A DNA stretch of 64,000 nt from Candidatus Poriferihabitaceae bacterium (GTDB lineage: Bacteria > Pseudomonadota > Gammaproteobacteria > Arenicellales > Poriferihabitantaceae), in assembly GCA_965249035.1 (NCBI GenBank), contig CBDFKV010000007.1, forward strand, positions 640,313 to 704,312. The letters run 5' to 3'. Below the pieces are notes generated by a model, which searched no databases, had not been told where the DNA came from, and saw nothing but the letters and a program-made list of their open reading frames with translations. Shown piece by piece: positions 1-10,020 of the stretch. Positions within the stretch are counted from its first letter, which is position 1. Each line of letters starts with the position of its first letter. The translations under genes were made by a program, and so were the position numbers.

Positions 1-309
1 TGCGACAGTCAATAACACCGCCCCCAACAAATTTGGAGCTACCCCAACCAGCATTGAGATCAGGAATATCTTTACCAAGCCAATCAATAACACTAAGACT
101 AAGGGCGCCAATTCTATGCCAGAAATACCGGGTACAAAACGGCGCAATACCGCCAATGGCACTTGGGTGATACGAATAACTGATGCCACCACCGGGTTGC
201 GATAATCAACACTGCCAAACTGAAATAGAAATCGTAGTAGTACCAGCGAGATAAAAATATCCGCAACGGTTGAAATCAAAAAAATCAAGCTTTCTTGCAC
301 TGGATTCAT
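1..309 (-). CDS. yggT: YggT family integral membrane protein (partial; C-terminus lies beyond the window edge)
   Basis: Not in the ORF track. Reverse translation from the ATG at 309..307 gives MNPVQESLIFLISTVADIFISLVLLRFLFQFGSVDYRNPVVASVIRITQVPLAVLRRFVPGISGIELAP..., the YggT repeat pattern. ATGA overlap with the proC stop. Conserved yggS-proC-yggT order. Confidence 0.8.
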   Translation of the reverse strand, partial: MNPVQESLIFLISTVADIFISLVLLRFLFQFGSVDYRNPVVASVIRITQVPLAVLRRFVPGISGIELAPLVLVLLIGLVKIFLISMLVGVAPNLLGAVLLTVA

Positions 310-1139
310 TTTTTATCTCCTGCTAGTTGAGCCAATTCCGCACTGCGCTGAACGGCTGCGGCGACAGCCTTATCGACCATCACCGAAAAACCTTGTTGTT
401 GCATTTGCGCAATTGCCGCTTCAGTAGTCCCGCCGGGTGAAGTCACGCGGCGACGTAATTCAGCAGCGCTATAGTCACTCTCCAGCGCCAGCTTAGCAGC
501 ACCAAACGCCGTTTCAATGCTGAGTAACCGCGCCTGATCTTCGCTAAGCCCCTGCTTAATACCCGCTTCAGCAAGCACTTCCATCAGATAAAAAAAGTAC
601 GCGGGACCACTGCCTGAAACGGCCGTCACGCTATCGATCAAGTATTCGTTATCTACCCAAACTACGACACCAACAGCGCGCATGATGGATTCTGCCAGGC
701 TTCTATGTGCTTCACTCACCCCTTCAGCCGCGTATAAACCAGACGCACCGGCGCGTACCAGCGCGGGAGTATTCGGCATCACTCTTACCACCGCTGCATC
801 CGCATCTGTCCAAGCCTGTATTAATTGAATCGGGATACCAGCCGCAACTGAAATCAGCAAAGGCTGTTGTCTTTGAATCGACGCCGCCAGCGGCTTTAAC
901 ACATCGGCCATCACCTGCGGCTTAACTGCGAGCACGACTACCTCCGCATGGGTAACAAGCGCCTCATTATCATTCGCTATTTTGACCCCTGTTCTATTAC
1001 TGAATTCGGTCAACTTGGCGTGATCAGGGTCAGATATCCATAAATGATCAGCGGCAAACCCCGCGTTAATCAAGCCACCCATAATCGCTTGCGCCATATT
1101 GCCGCCGCCAATAAATCCGATTGTTTGTTGATCTAACAT
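306..1139 (-). CDS. proC: Pyrroline-5-carboxylate reductase
   Basis: 277 aa. N-terminal GFIGGGNMAQAI Rossmann motif and C-terminal SPGGTTEAAI motif, typical of ProC. Confidence 0.93.
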   Translation of the reverse strand: MLDQQTIGFIGGGNMAQAIMGGLINAGFAADHLWISDPDHAKLTEFSNRTGVKIANDNEALVTHAEVVVLAVKPQVMADVLKPLAASIQRQQPLLISVAAGIPIQLIQAWTDADAAVVRVMPNTPALVRAGASGLYAAEGVSEAHRSLAESIMRAVGVVVWVDNEYLIDSVTAVSGSGPAYFFYLMEVLAEAGIKQGLSEDQARLLSIETAFGAAKLALESDYSAAELRRRVTSPGGTTEAAIAQMQQQGFSVMVDKAVAAAVQRSAELAQLAGDKK

Positions 1140-1235
1140 GTCATGTCCTAATTAACTCGCTGTCTTATAGTGTTTGATCGTTATCACCATGATACGACGT
1201 CTTAGTGTGGTGCTTAGTTACACTGTGGTAATCAA

Positions 1236-1976
1236 TCACGCATTCTTAGTATTGGTCTGTTTTGGTTTCCGCGCACCAAATATCGCAGTACCCACCCTGA
1301 CCATCGTGGCACCTTCAGCAATAGCCGCTGGCAAGTCATCGGTCATCCCCATTGATAGCTCAGTCAAGCCTAAACCGCGCTGATTAAGGTTATCGAGCGC
1401 GATTCGAGCCTTAGCAAAAACGGCTCGCTGACGTTCGATATCTGGCTGCGGCTCAGGGATAACCATCAATCCCCGCAAGCGCACATTGGGCAGCACCGCC
1501 ATTTGCTCGGCCAAAATCGGCAGATCCTCTAACAACACTCCCGATTTGGTCGGCTCGGCTTGTAGATTGACTTGAATTAAAAGGTTGATCGGGCCAAGCT
1601 CTGGGTCACGCGACTGGCTTAAACCATTCGCCACCTTTAAGCGATCAACGCTATGCACCCAATCAAAATTCTGAGCCAATTGCTTGGCTTTTCGGCTTTG
1701 AATTGAACCGATAAAATGCCATTCCAACGACCCATTTGCCAATTCAGCTTTTTTTTCCAGTGCTTCCTGTAGATAATTCTCTCCAAATGCTACCTGGCCC
1801 TGATTTACAATCGTATTCACCTCATCAGCCGTACGAGTCTTACTCACAGCAATCAGACGAACACTGTTGCACTCTCGTTCATACTCCTGCTCATAGCGGC
1901 GAATATCGCTCACTACCCGTTGATAAGCACTAAGCGTGTCTTGGCTTTGAATGGCTGGTTGTTTATCAGAAATCAC
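1236..1976 (-). CDS. yggS: YggS family pyridoxal-phosphate homeostasis protein
   Basis: 246 aa. IAVSKT PLP-lysine motif, alanine-racemase N-terminal-like fold. Lies next to proC. Confidence 0.9.
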   Translation of the reverse strand: MISDKQPAIQSQDTLSAYQRVVSDIRRYEQEYERECNSVRLIAVSKTRTADEVNTIVNQGQVAFGENYLQEALEKKAELANGSLEWHFIGSIQSRKAKQLAQNFDWVHSVDRLKVANGLSQSRDPELGPINLLIQVNLQAEPTKSGVLLEDLPILAEQMAVLPNVRLRGLMVIPEPQPDIERQRAVFAKARIALDNLNQRGLGLTELSMGMTDDLPAAIAEGATMVRVGTAIFGARKPKQTNTKNA

Positions 1977-2145
1977 TGAATAGTTTGCTAAGTCGTTGTA
2001 TTATCGAGTTGCTGCTGTATCACTATCATTGCTGCGGTAGCGATTTTACCTTGAGACTGGACCAATGGCGTAACAATATTGCCAGACACACCACTCGCGA
2101 CACTTGACGGCCTTTGGCGACAAGGAATGAGACGACTGATAAGCC

Positions 2146-3186
2146 ATGACACTGACTGAATTGCTGCAATATACGATCAAACGCCAAGCTTCAGATTTAC
2201 ATCTGTCTGCTGGATTGCCACCGATCATCCGTATCGATGGCAGAATCGCCCAGCTGGATACGCCCGCATTAAGCGGTAACGACATTCACTCAATGCTGGC
2301 CGAAATAATGAGCAGCGAGCAGCGCACCACATTCGAGCGAGACCAAGATATTGACCTTGCGTATGAAATCGCGGGCCTGTCTCGATTTCGGGTCAACGCT
2401 TTTCAACAAGCACGCGGCCCAGCTGCCGCTTTTCGGGTCATCCCCTCACGTATCATGAGTCTGGATGAAATTGACGCACCCACCGCTTTATATTCTCTAA
2501 TCAATCGCACCAATGGTCTGATTTTGGTAACCGGCCCCACAGGCTGTGGCAAATCAACGACCCTGGCGGCGATGATTGATTTACTCAATCAGCAAAGCAG
2601 TGGCCATCTGATCACAATCGAAGACCCGATCGAATATATCCATACCTCTAAGCGCTGCGTGATCAATCAACGAGAGATTGGCACCCACACACATTCATTT
2701 GGAGCCGCATTGCGCGCGTCACTACGTGAAGACCCCGACACTATAATGATTGGTGAAATGCGCGACCCGGAGACCATGAGACTCGCCTTAACCGCAGCAG
2801 AAACGGGCCATTTAGTGTTTTCGACCTTACACACGAGTTCATCTGCTAAAACCATCGACCGCATTATCGATTCATTTCCTAGCGATGAAAAGCCGATGGT
2901 TCGCGCGATGCTGGCTGAGTCTTTGCAGGCGGTGATAGCACAAGTACTTATCCCAAAACTCGGTGGCGGACGCATCGCGGCGCATGAAATCTTGCTATGC
3001 AACGGTGCGGTTCGAAATCTCATCCGTGAGAATAAAACACCGCAGATTTATTCATCGATGCAAACTCATCTTGGCATAGGCATGCAAACCATGGATCACG
3101 CATTGACCAAACTGCTTAGACAAGGCGTGGTCGCCCCCGAAAGTGTTGCCAGCTACTTAGTTGACCCTGGCAAGGTGGAGCAGTAA
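2146..3186 (+). CDS. pilT: Type IV pilus twitching-motility ATPase PilT
   Basis: 346 aa. ASDLHL start, Walker A GPTGCGKST, AIRNLIRE-like (AVRNLIRE) PilT signature. Divergent from yggS, as in pseudomonads. Confidence 0.93.
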   Translation: MTLTELLQYTIKRQASDLHLSAGLPPIIRIDGRIAQLDTPALSGNDIHSMLAEIMSSEQRTTFERDQDIDLAYEIAGLSRFRVNAFQQARGPAAAFRVIPSRIMSLDEIDAPTALYSLINRTNGLILVTGPTGCGKSTTLAAMIDLLNQQSSGHLITIEDPIEYIHTSKRCVINQREIGTHTHSFGAALRASLREDPDTIMIGEMRDPETMRLALTAAETGHLVFSTLHTSSSAKTIDRIIDSFPSDEKPMVRAMLAESLQAVIAQVLIPKLGGGRIAAHEILLCNGAVRNLIRENKTPQIYSSMQTHLGIGMQTMDHALTKLLRQGVVAPESVASYLVDPGKVEQ

Positions 3187-3189
3187 AAA

Positions 3190-3669
3190 TTACCCCTTGG
3201 CAGCGCGTTCGCGTACTTGCTCCAAGACTTTGGTTGGGTGATCCGCCGCCTTGGGCACACGCTTCCAGTGCTTGATTAGCTTACCATCTGCGTCAATCCA
3301 AGCAGTTGAGCGAATTGTGCCGGTGACCTTTTTGCCATACATCATCTTTTCGCCCCACGCGCCATACTCAGCCATGACTTTTTTATCGGGGTCTGATAAC
3401 AAGGGGTAAGGAATACTGAACTGTTCTATAAAGTTTTGGTGCGATGTTGCGCCGTCCGGAGATACCCCGATAATTTCCACCCCCGCTTCTTGGTACTGCT
3501 CATAGAGCTCAGTAAAGCCTATCGCTTGCTTGGTGCAGCCAGGTGTATTGTCTCGCGGGTAAAAATAGAGGATCACTTGCTTGCCTCGAAAATCACTCAG
3601 CGTGGTTGCTTCTTCGTGCTGATTCGGCAAGGTGAAATCTGGTACAGCTGTATTTTCTTCTAAGATCAT
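3190..3669 (-). CDS. bcp: Thioredoxin-dependent peroxiredoxin Bcp
   Basis: 159 aa. YFYPRDNTPGCTKQ peroxidatic-cysteine motif. Confidence 0.9.
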   Translation of the reverse strand: MILEENTAVPDFTLPNQHEEATTLSDFRGKQVILYFYPRDNTPGCTKQAIGFTELYEQYQEAGVEIIGVSPDGATSHQNFIEQFSIPYPLLSDPDKKVMAEYGAWGEKMMYGKKVTGTIRSTAWIDADGKLIKHWKRVPKAADHPTKVLEQVRERAAKG

Positions 3670-4211
3670 TGGCTCTCACCTTCTTTAAAAGCACTCTCTT
3701 TAAGTGCATTTTCTTTGGTCTCTTCAGCGGTTGCAGCACCTAAGGGTAATTTGCGAGCAGGCGCGGACGGACGTGGCCCACCCAAGATCGGTCGCGGCCC
3801 GTTGGGCTTCGGTACTGGGCGCCTGCCTGGTTTTCCAGCTAGAGCACGATCTCCCGCACCACCGATGTCTTTATGGTCCATATCGACCGTACCCTTGAAC
3901 TGACAACCGTCTCCCAGCATCACACGTGGCGCACGAATATCGCCGTGAACCGTACCATTTGGCTTGATTTCAACCGATTCTGACCCCCTTAACTCCCCTC
4001 GAACCTCGCCCTCGACAACAATTATTTTAGCAATAACGTCTGCCTTAACTACACCCGTCTCCGCCACAATAATGTTGGCATCCTGCACGGTAATCGTGCC
4101 TTCAACGGTACCCTCAATAACCAAGTCTTCTTCACCACGGACGTGACCATCAACATGAATAGAGCGTCCTATGGTTGCCGTCGAGTGAACTTCCGGTTTT
4201 TTGTCAGTCAT
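3666..4211 (-). CDS. Bactofilin family cytoskeletal protein with a Pro/Gly-rich C-terminal tail
   Basis: 181 aa. Repetitive beta-helix pattern (I.G.V.G.I..) typical of DUF583/bactofilin. Stop overlaps the bcp start (ATGA). Confidence 0.85.
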   Translation of the reverse strand: MTDKKPEVHSTATIGRSIHVDGHVRGEEDLVIEGTVEGTITVQDANIIVAETGVVKADVIAKIIVVEGEVRGELRGSESVEIKPNGTVHGDIRAPRVMLGDGCQFKGTVDMDHKDIGGAGDRALAGKPGRRPVPKPNGPRPILGGPRPSAPARKLPLGAATAEETKENALKESAFKEGESQ

Positions 4212-4238
4212 TAGAATATATAGTATCTACTTAAATTG

Positions 4239-4562
4239 TTAGAAGTGGTAGTAACTGTCGTTTAGAAATGCCGTTACGTCATCCATTTGATCACTATCCA
4301 AGCCTGCGCCTGAATTAGTATTGCACATCTCCACAAAGCCCATCAAGCCTTCAATCGATTTAACTTTGTGATCTTCTCGTTGATAGACCGCCTCACCCTC
4401 ATTGTCAAACCGCTGAGTGTGGCAGCCAGCACATTTATCGGTGTGCAACCACTCGCCATTTTCAACATCACCAAACAGCAATGCGTCACTATATGCCACA
4501 TGCACACCGCCCGTTAGCATTAGCAATGCAGCACCCACGATTAAGCTTTTTGATTTCATCAT
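4239..4562 (-). CDS. Small periplasmic monohaem c-type cytochrome
   Basis: 107 aa. N-terminal signal peptide and a single CAGCH haem-binding motif. Confidence 0.7.
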   Translation of the reverse strand: MMKSKSLIVGAALLMLTGGVHVAYSDALLFGDVENGEWLHTDKCAGCHTQRFDNEGEAVYQREDHKVKSIEGLMGFVEMCNTNSGAGLDSDQMDDVTAFLNDSYYHF

Positions 4563-4736
4563 AGATTCCTAGATTTGACTGGACACGGCTAGAGTCTAAC
4601 CATTTCAGACTGCGGGTTCCAGATGGATTTTAGCTTCATTCCCGCGATGCACAAAATTAGTCGCCTTCGAGCATACCAATGCGCTCGCAGAACGCTTAGA
4701 ATAACCGACCGTTTTAGTCTCAAATCTATTGTTATT

Positions 4737-5810
4737 GTGAATACGCGCTACGAAACTGATAACCTGCGAATCGTGTCTGTTAAAAGAATCCCACCCCCTG
4801 GGGAGGTGCACGCTCAGTACCCAATAAATGACGAAGCCGCAGCCACTACCTTTAGTACGCGCCATGCTATTGATGATGCACTTCATGATGAAGAAGATCG
4901 ACTGGTAGTCGTTTGCGGGCCCTGTTCAATTCACGACGTCGATGCGGCAATGGAGTATGCCCAGCAACTAAAAGTCTTGATTGATCAATACGCCGGTGAA
5001 TTGCTACTGATCATGCGCGTTTACTTTGAGAAACCACGCACTACGATTGGCTGGAAAGGTTTGATCAACGATCCTTTTCTGGATAATACCTTCCAAATCA
5101 ACAAAGGCATTCAAAAAGCACGCAAGCTGCTGTTAGACCTCAACATGATGGGTGTGCCTGCAGCCACTGAATACTTGGATATGCTATCGCCGCAGTATTA
5201 TTCCGACTTGATCTCATGGGGAGCGATCGGCGCCCGAACCACTGAAAGCCAAAGCCACCGTGAGCTTGCATCGGGTTTATCCTGCCCGGTTGGCTTTAAA
5301 AACGGCACTGACGGTAATATTCAAATTGCGGTCGACGCCATCGGTGCAGCCTCCAAGCCACACCATTTTCTAAGTCGCACCAAATCTGATACATCTGCGA
5401 TTTACGAAACCTCCGGCAACGACTGTTGCCATTTGATTTTGCGCGGCGGCACTGATGGCCCTAACTATAAGGCCAAAGATATCAACGACGCCTGTGAAAA
5501 GCTGAAAGATTCTGGTCTGAAAGAACTGGTTATGGTTGATCTCAGCCATGCCAATTCGCGCAAGGATCCCGACAGGCAAGTGGATGTGGCGGCAGACATT
5601 GCCCAGCAAATTGCTGGCGGTGAACACCGCGTCATGGGCGTCATGATCGAAAGCCATTTGGTCCACGGCAACCAAAAGCACGAACCAGGCAAAACCCTGG
5701 TTTATGGTCAAAGTATTACAGATGCCTGTATTGATATGACGCAAACCAAGGCGGTGCTTGCCAACTTAGCCGCTGCGGTGAAAACGCGAAGAGCCAATAA
5801 AGCAGGATAG
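4737..5810 (+). CDS. 3-deoxy-7-phosphoheptulonate (DAHP) synthase, class I; isozyme not assignable
   Basis: Track ORF is 4623..5810. Homology to AroF/G/H starts at DNLRI...DRLVVVCGPCSIHD, also KPRTTIGWKGLINDP. The in-frame GTG at 4737 gives the expected length of about 357 aa. The start is uncertain. Confidence 0.85.
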   Translation: MNTRYETDNLRIVSVKRIPPPGEVHAQYPINDEAAATTFSTRHAIDDALHDEEDRLVVVCGPCSIHDVDAAMEYAQQLKVLIDQYAGELLLIMRVYFEKPRTTIGWKGLINDPFLDNTFQINKGIQKARKLLLDLNMMGVPAATEYLDMLSPQYYSDLISWGAIGARTTESQSHRELASGLSCPVGFKNGTDGNIQIAVDAIGAASKPHHFLSRTKSDTSAIYETSGNDCCHLILRGGTDGPNYKAKDINDACEKLKDSGLKELVMVDLSHANSRKDPDRQVDVAADIAQQIAGGEHRVMGVMIESHLVHGNQKHEPGKTLVYGQSITDACIDMTQTKAVLANLAAAVKTRRANKAG

Positions 5811-6080
5811 CGTTTTCTACTGGCACTTTGACCAGTGACCGCTTGATTCACCTTCGTTTTACCAAGTGTCCGTCTTATACGGTGATCAATTATTTCATCG
5901 CTTGCGGGCTAACGGCCTAAGCATGATTGGTGATACCTTATTCGTGGCTGACGACCTTGGCACAGCGCGACTTGTAATGCGTGACCAACGTCATCCAATC
6001 ATCTCTTAATGACAAGACTAATCGGGCACTGGTTGATGCCACAGTAGCGCAAAACCTTGCTTCCCAACGAGGAGAAACTC

Positions 6081-7271
6081 ATGATCAAACCCCACGGCTC
6101 GGATACCTTAAACCCCTTATTCGTCGCTGACGATGCCGCTCGCTCCGCTCTGGCCAAAGAAGCGGAATCCTTGCCTTCAGTTATCGTTAGCTCTGCTGAC
6201 GCCGCCAACGCGGTGATGCTGGGCGCTGGTTATTTCAATCCACTGACCGGCTATATGAATAAAGCGGATGCCCTAAACGTTGCCAACAGTATGCACACAA
6301 CTTCGGGATTATTTTGGCCTACCCCCGTTGTGTGCTTGATTGACGATGACTCGGCGATTGTTGGGCACAAGCGCATCGCGTTGCGCGACCCGAATGTCGA
6401 CGGTAATCCAGTATTGGCGGTGATGGATATCGAAGCTGTTGAAACCTTTAGCGGTGAAGAAATGGCACTCATTTCTGAAAAAGTGTATCGCACCACTGAC
6501 CCCAAGCACCCTGGCCTTGAAGCGTTTAACGCCCAAGGCAATATTGCGCTGTCCGGGCCGATTCAAGTGCTTAATTACAGCTATTTTGAAACTGATTTCC
6601 CAAACACCTTCAAAACCGCCTACGAAATCCGAGCCGATATCGAAAAGGCTGGTTGGAAAAAGATCGTCGCCTTTCAAACCCGTAACCCCATGCACCGCGC
6701 GCACGAAGAATTGTGCCACATGGCAATGGATCGACTCGGCGCTGACGGCTTGGTGGTGCACATGCTGTTGGGTCAATTAAAACCCGGCGATATCCCCGCA
6801 GACGTGCGTGATAACGCCATCCGAACCATGGCCGATGCCTATTTCCCGCCCAATTCAGTGATGGTGACGGGTTATGGCTTTGACATGCTCTACGCCGGCC
6901 CACGCGAAGGCGTGCTGCATGCGGTGTTCCGACAAAACATGGGCGCTACCCACTTCATTATTGGCCGCGACCACGCAGGTGTTGGCGATTATTATGGCGA
7001 CTTTGATGCGCAGACTATTTTTCAGGATGAAGTACCCGATGATGCGCTGGAAATCGAAATCTTCGAAGCAGATCATACGGCTTATTCCAAGAAGCTGGAT
7101 GAAGTCGTGATGATGCGTGAAGTCACTAACCACACCAAAGAAGACTTTGTGTTGCTGTCGGGCACTCGCGTGCGTGAAATGCTAGGCAATGGTGAAGCAC
7201 CTCCGCCTGAGTTTTCGCGTCCGGAAGTCGCTAAGATACTGATTGATTACTACCAAAGTATCAGCAGCTAG
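6081..7271 (+). CDS. sat: Sulfate adenylyltransferase, homo-oligomeric Sat type
   Basis: [11 protein letters not shown] and GRDHAGVG motifs. The ATG at 6081 is preceded by GGAGA. The track ORF starts 24 nt upstream. Confidence 0.9.
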   Translation: MIKPHGSDTLNPLFVADDAARSALAKEAESLPSVIVSSADAANAVMLGAGYFNPLTGYMNKADALNVANSMHTTSGLFWPTPVVCLIDDDSAIVGHKRIALRDPNVDGNPVLAVMDIEAVETFSGEEMALISEKVYRTTDPKHPGLEAFNAQGNIALSGPIQVLNYSYFETDFPNTFKTAYEIRADIEKAGWKKIVAFQTRNPMHRAHEELCHMAMDRLGADGLVVHMLLGQLKPGDIPADVRDNAIRTMADAYFPPNSVMVTGYGFDMLYAGPREGVLHAVFRQNMGATHFIIGRDHAGVGDYYGDFDAQTIFQDEVPDDALEIEIFEADHTAYSKKLDEVVMMREVTNHTKEDFVLLSGTRVREMLGNGEAPPPEFSRPEVAKILIDYYQSISS

Positions 7272-7294
7272 AAATCTGTACCTTGCTACAAACG

Positions 7295-7320
7295 ACGGGG
7301 CCAGTTGGCTCCGTTTTTTA
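7295..7320 (+). terminator. Rho-independent terminator after sat
   Basis: ACGGGGCC-agtt-GGCTCCGT stem (one G-U pair) followed by TTTTTT. Confidence 0.75.
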
Positions 7321-7334
7321 TGGGTACAGGCAGG

Positions 7335-7340
7335 TATAAT
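7335..7340 (+). promoter_or_regulatory. Candidate -10 hexamer (TATAAT) for queF
   Basis: Perfect TATAAT 38 nt upstream of the queF ATG, immediately after the sat terminator. No convincing -35 element. Confidence 0.35.
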
Positions 7341-7377
7341 CGTCTCTTTCTTGTTTCGACCAACCGACCATACCGCA

Positions 7378-7842
7378 ATGAATGAAACCAACGCGCTGGG
7401 GCTTACCCAATTGGGCAGCTCTACCGAAGCCCCTACTTCGCCTGATCAGGCAGTTTTGGAAATCGTCCCGAACCCTCACCCCGACACGCTATACGTTACG
7501 CGCTTTGTCACCCCTGAATTCACGTCGCTGTGCCCGGTAACCGGACAGCCCGACTTTGCCCACTTGGTGATCGACTATATTGCGGATCAATCTCTGGTTG
7601 AGAGTAAATCCTTAAAACTATTTTTGGCGAGTTTTCGCAATCATGGCAGCTTTCACGAAGGTTGCACGATTGAAATCGCTAAACGGTTGGTGGCTGCAGC
7701 CAGCCCCATTTGGCTACGAATCGGTGGCTATTGGTTCCCGCGCGGGGGTATTCCGATTGATGTTTTTTACCAAACAGGCAACCCGCCCAAAGGCGTATGG
7801 ATTCCAGACCAAGGGGTGCCCGCTTACCGTGGGCGTGGCTAA
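7378..7842 (+). CDS. queF: NADPH-dependent 7-cyano-7-deazaguanine (preQ0) reductase, short type
   Basis: [13 protein letters not shown] catalytic-cysteine motif and ESKSLKLFL motif. The ATG at 7378 (Met46 of the track ORF) lies after the terminator and promoter. Confidence 0.9.
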   Translation: MNETNALGLTQLGSSTEAPTSPDQAVLEIVPNPHPDTLYVTRFVTPEFTSLCPVTGQPDFAHLVIDYIADQSLVESKSLKLFLASFRNHGSFHEGCTIEIAKRLVAAASPIWLRIGGYWFPRGGIPIDVFYQTGNPPKGVWIPDQGVPAYRGRG

Positions 7843-7958
7843 GCAGAAAACTGCACGACTAAACTAGGGGCCGCAATCACATCAGCAACCCTTGCGGTTC
7901 TGGGCCTGGAAATACTAAGCGCGCTTGTCACGGCCGTGCTTAACGCACGGTATAGGAT

Positions 7959-8153
7959 TTAATTGGCGAATTTTTTAGCGCTTTCGGTATTACCATTTTG
8001 ACCATCTTCATAGCCGGCCTCATAGGCATCGGTAACACGCTGCTCTTCGCGCTCGGGATTAGACAAGTAACCGCCCGCCCATCCGGTGAAATAATCATTG
8101 TCCACGCCCATATCTTGTAGCTTGGACAGCGTCTCGTAATAGGTTTTATCCAT
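7959..8153 (-). CDS. Small acidic hypothetical protein (64 aa)
   Basis: Internal Met52 of track ORF 7959..8306, preceded by GGAGA. No family recognised. Confidence 0.45.
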   Translation of the reverse strand: MDKTYYETLSKLQDMGVDNDYFTGWAGGYLSNPEREEQRVTDAYEAGYEDGQNGNTESAKKFAN

Positions 8154-8332
8154 CGTGTATCTCCAAATCAAGTGGAATTGCCTCAGAAGCGGGTATTCTA
8201 TGCGATGCCACTCTATGGGGAAATTGCCCCTGTCACCAAATTCTGGTCGCAAATGAGATAAGTAAACTATCTCTTTCGGTCTAATAGTTGAGCTAAACCT
8301 ACCCAATGAGACGCAAGATTTGATAATAAGAC

Positions 8333-9916
8333 TTAACTTTCAGCTAAGGGTTTGTGCGCGAGTTCGTTAAGTTGCGCCGTTTCTTCTGCACTTAAGCCTA
8401 CCGCAACAGAATACCTTGGGTCTTCAATCACATTCACTTCTACCAAATTACCCGCTTTTTTAAGCAATAGACGGCACTCAGGGCTTAGGTGTTTCAGGTG
8501 CAAGCGCTTACCGGCTCGTTCATAGCGATCGGCCAGAATATCAATCGCTTCAATCGCAGAATGATCCGCTACTCGTGAATGCTTAAAATCAACCGTGACA
8601 TCATCGCTGTCTTCACGAGGGTTAAATATTTCTTGAAAATTGTGCGTGGAAGCAAAAAATAGGGGGCCATTGAGTTGATAGACTGTGTTACCCATTTTAT
8701 CGGTTTGCGTCACGGCATAGATATGCTTAGCGTGGTTCCAGGCAAATACTAATGCTGAAAGAATCACGCCTAACACCACTGCCACCGCGAGATCAGTTAA
8801 CACGGTGGTAATCGTCACGATCGCAGTAATCGCAATATCTGAAGCGGGTACTTTACCGAGCAAGCGTAAGCTGGACCAACTAAAGGTGCCCACCACCACC
8901 ATGAACATAACGCCAACCAACACCGCGACAGGGATCTGCTCAATTAAGGGGGCGCCGACTAAGATAATGGCTAACAAAGCCAATGCGGCAGTGATCCCAG
9001 ATAGTCTGCCGCGCCCACCCGAATTAATATTAATGATGCTTTGGCCAACCATTGCACAACCACCCATGCCCCCAAAAAACCCAGTTACGAGGTTGGCGAA
9101 GCCTTGTGCCAGGCTTTCGCGGTTTGCCTGACCACGAGTATCGGTCAAGGCATCGACTAAGTTTAGCGTTAATAAACTTTCTATCAAGCCCACCAGCGCC
9201 AACACAATTGAATACGGTAAAACGATCATAAACGTTTCAAAAGTGAGTGGGATCGCTGGAATATGGAATTGTGGCAAGCCACCGGCCACAGAGGCAATAT
9301 CACCGACTGTTCGCGTCTCTAAACCAGAGAAAATGACTACCAAGCTCAGCACCACAATCGCCACCAGTGTTGAAGGAACCGCCTTGGTCAACTTTGGCAA
9401 GAAATGAATGATAGCCATCGTTCCGAAAGCCAGCAGTAACATAATCATTAACGGGCTGCCGCTTATCCACTGACTGATGCCGACATCATCTACAAACTGA
9501 AATTGCTTCAGTTGTGCCAGGAAGATGACTAAGGCAAGGCCATTCACGAAGCCGAGGAAAACCGGATGGGGTACCAATCGAATGAATTTACCCAATCGCA
9601 ATGCACCAAAAACCATCTGGATCAGGCCCATGAGAATCACAGCCGCAAAAAGATATTCAACCCCATGCTCAACAACGAGACTGATCAGCACCACGGCAAT
9701 CGCGCCCGTTGCCCCTGTGATCATGCCTGGACGACCGCCCAATACTGCTGTTATCAAGCCCATGAAAAAAGCCGCATACAGGCCAACCAAGGGATGAACC
9801 TGCGCCACCAAGGCAAAGGCCACCGCTTCAGGAACCAAGGCTAATGCAACGGTTAAACCAGAAAGGAGATCATTTCTGACGTTAGCGGGTCGATAGCGGG
9901 CGAAAAGTTGAAACAT
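8333..9916 (-). CDS. SulP family anion (sulfate) permease with C-terminal STAS domain
   Basis: 527 aa, polytopic. SulP N-terminal signature (GLTVALALVPEAVAFA) plus a STAS-like tail. Confidence 0.88.
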   Translation of the reverse strand: MFQLFARYRPANVRNDLLSGLTVALALVPEAVAFALVAQVHPLVGLYAAFFMGLITAVLGGRPGMITGATGAIAVVLISLVVEHGVEYLFAAVILMGLIQMVFGALRLGKFIRLVPHPVFLGFVNGLALVIFLAQLKQFQFVDDVGISQWISGSPLMIMLLLAFGTMAIIHFLPKLTKAVPSTLVAIVVLSLVVIFSGLETRTVGDIASVAGGLPQFHIPAIPLTFETFMIVLPYSIVLALVGLIESLLTLNLVDALTDTRGQANRESLAQGFANLVTGFFGGMGGCAMVGQSIININSGGRGRLSGITAALALLAIILVGAPLIEQIPVAVLVGVMFMVVVGTFSWSSLRLLGKVPASDIAITAIVTITTVLTDLAVAVVLGVILSALVFAWNHAKHIYAVTQTDKMGNTVYQLNGPLFFASTHNFQEIFNPREDSDDVTVDFKHSRVADHSAIEAIDILADRYERAGKRLHLKHLSPECRLLLKKAGNLVEVNVIEDPRYSVAVGLSAEETAQLNELAHKPLAES

Positions 9917-10020
9917 GAAGTGCGCTTACCAAGCAAAATAGCGCGCGATTCTTCCACAACCGAGCATGGCATTCCAGAAGTATTTCACCAAAAGCTAATA
10001 TATTATTCCAGTGCTAAATG

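Noticed and set aside
4623-4736. N-terminal 38-codon extension of the DAHP synthase ORF
   Set aside because: Homology to AroF/G/H begins only around DNLRI. The extension is basic and low-complexity, and overlaps the divergent promoter region. The internal GTG at 4737 gives the canonical length.
7243-7377. Upstream extension of the queF ORF overlapping the end of sat
   Set aside because: It would read through the sat terminator hairpin and a TATAAT box. QueF homology starts at the ATG at 7378.
7272-7377. Possible preQ1 riboswitch upstream of queF
   Set aside because: The interval is filled by the sat terminator and a promoter-like TATAAT. No preQ1-I/II consensus elements were seen.
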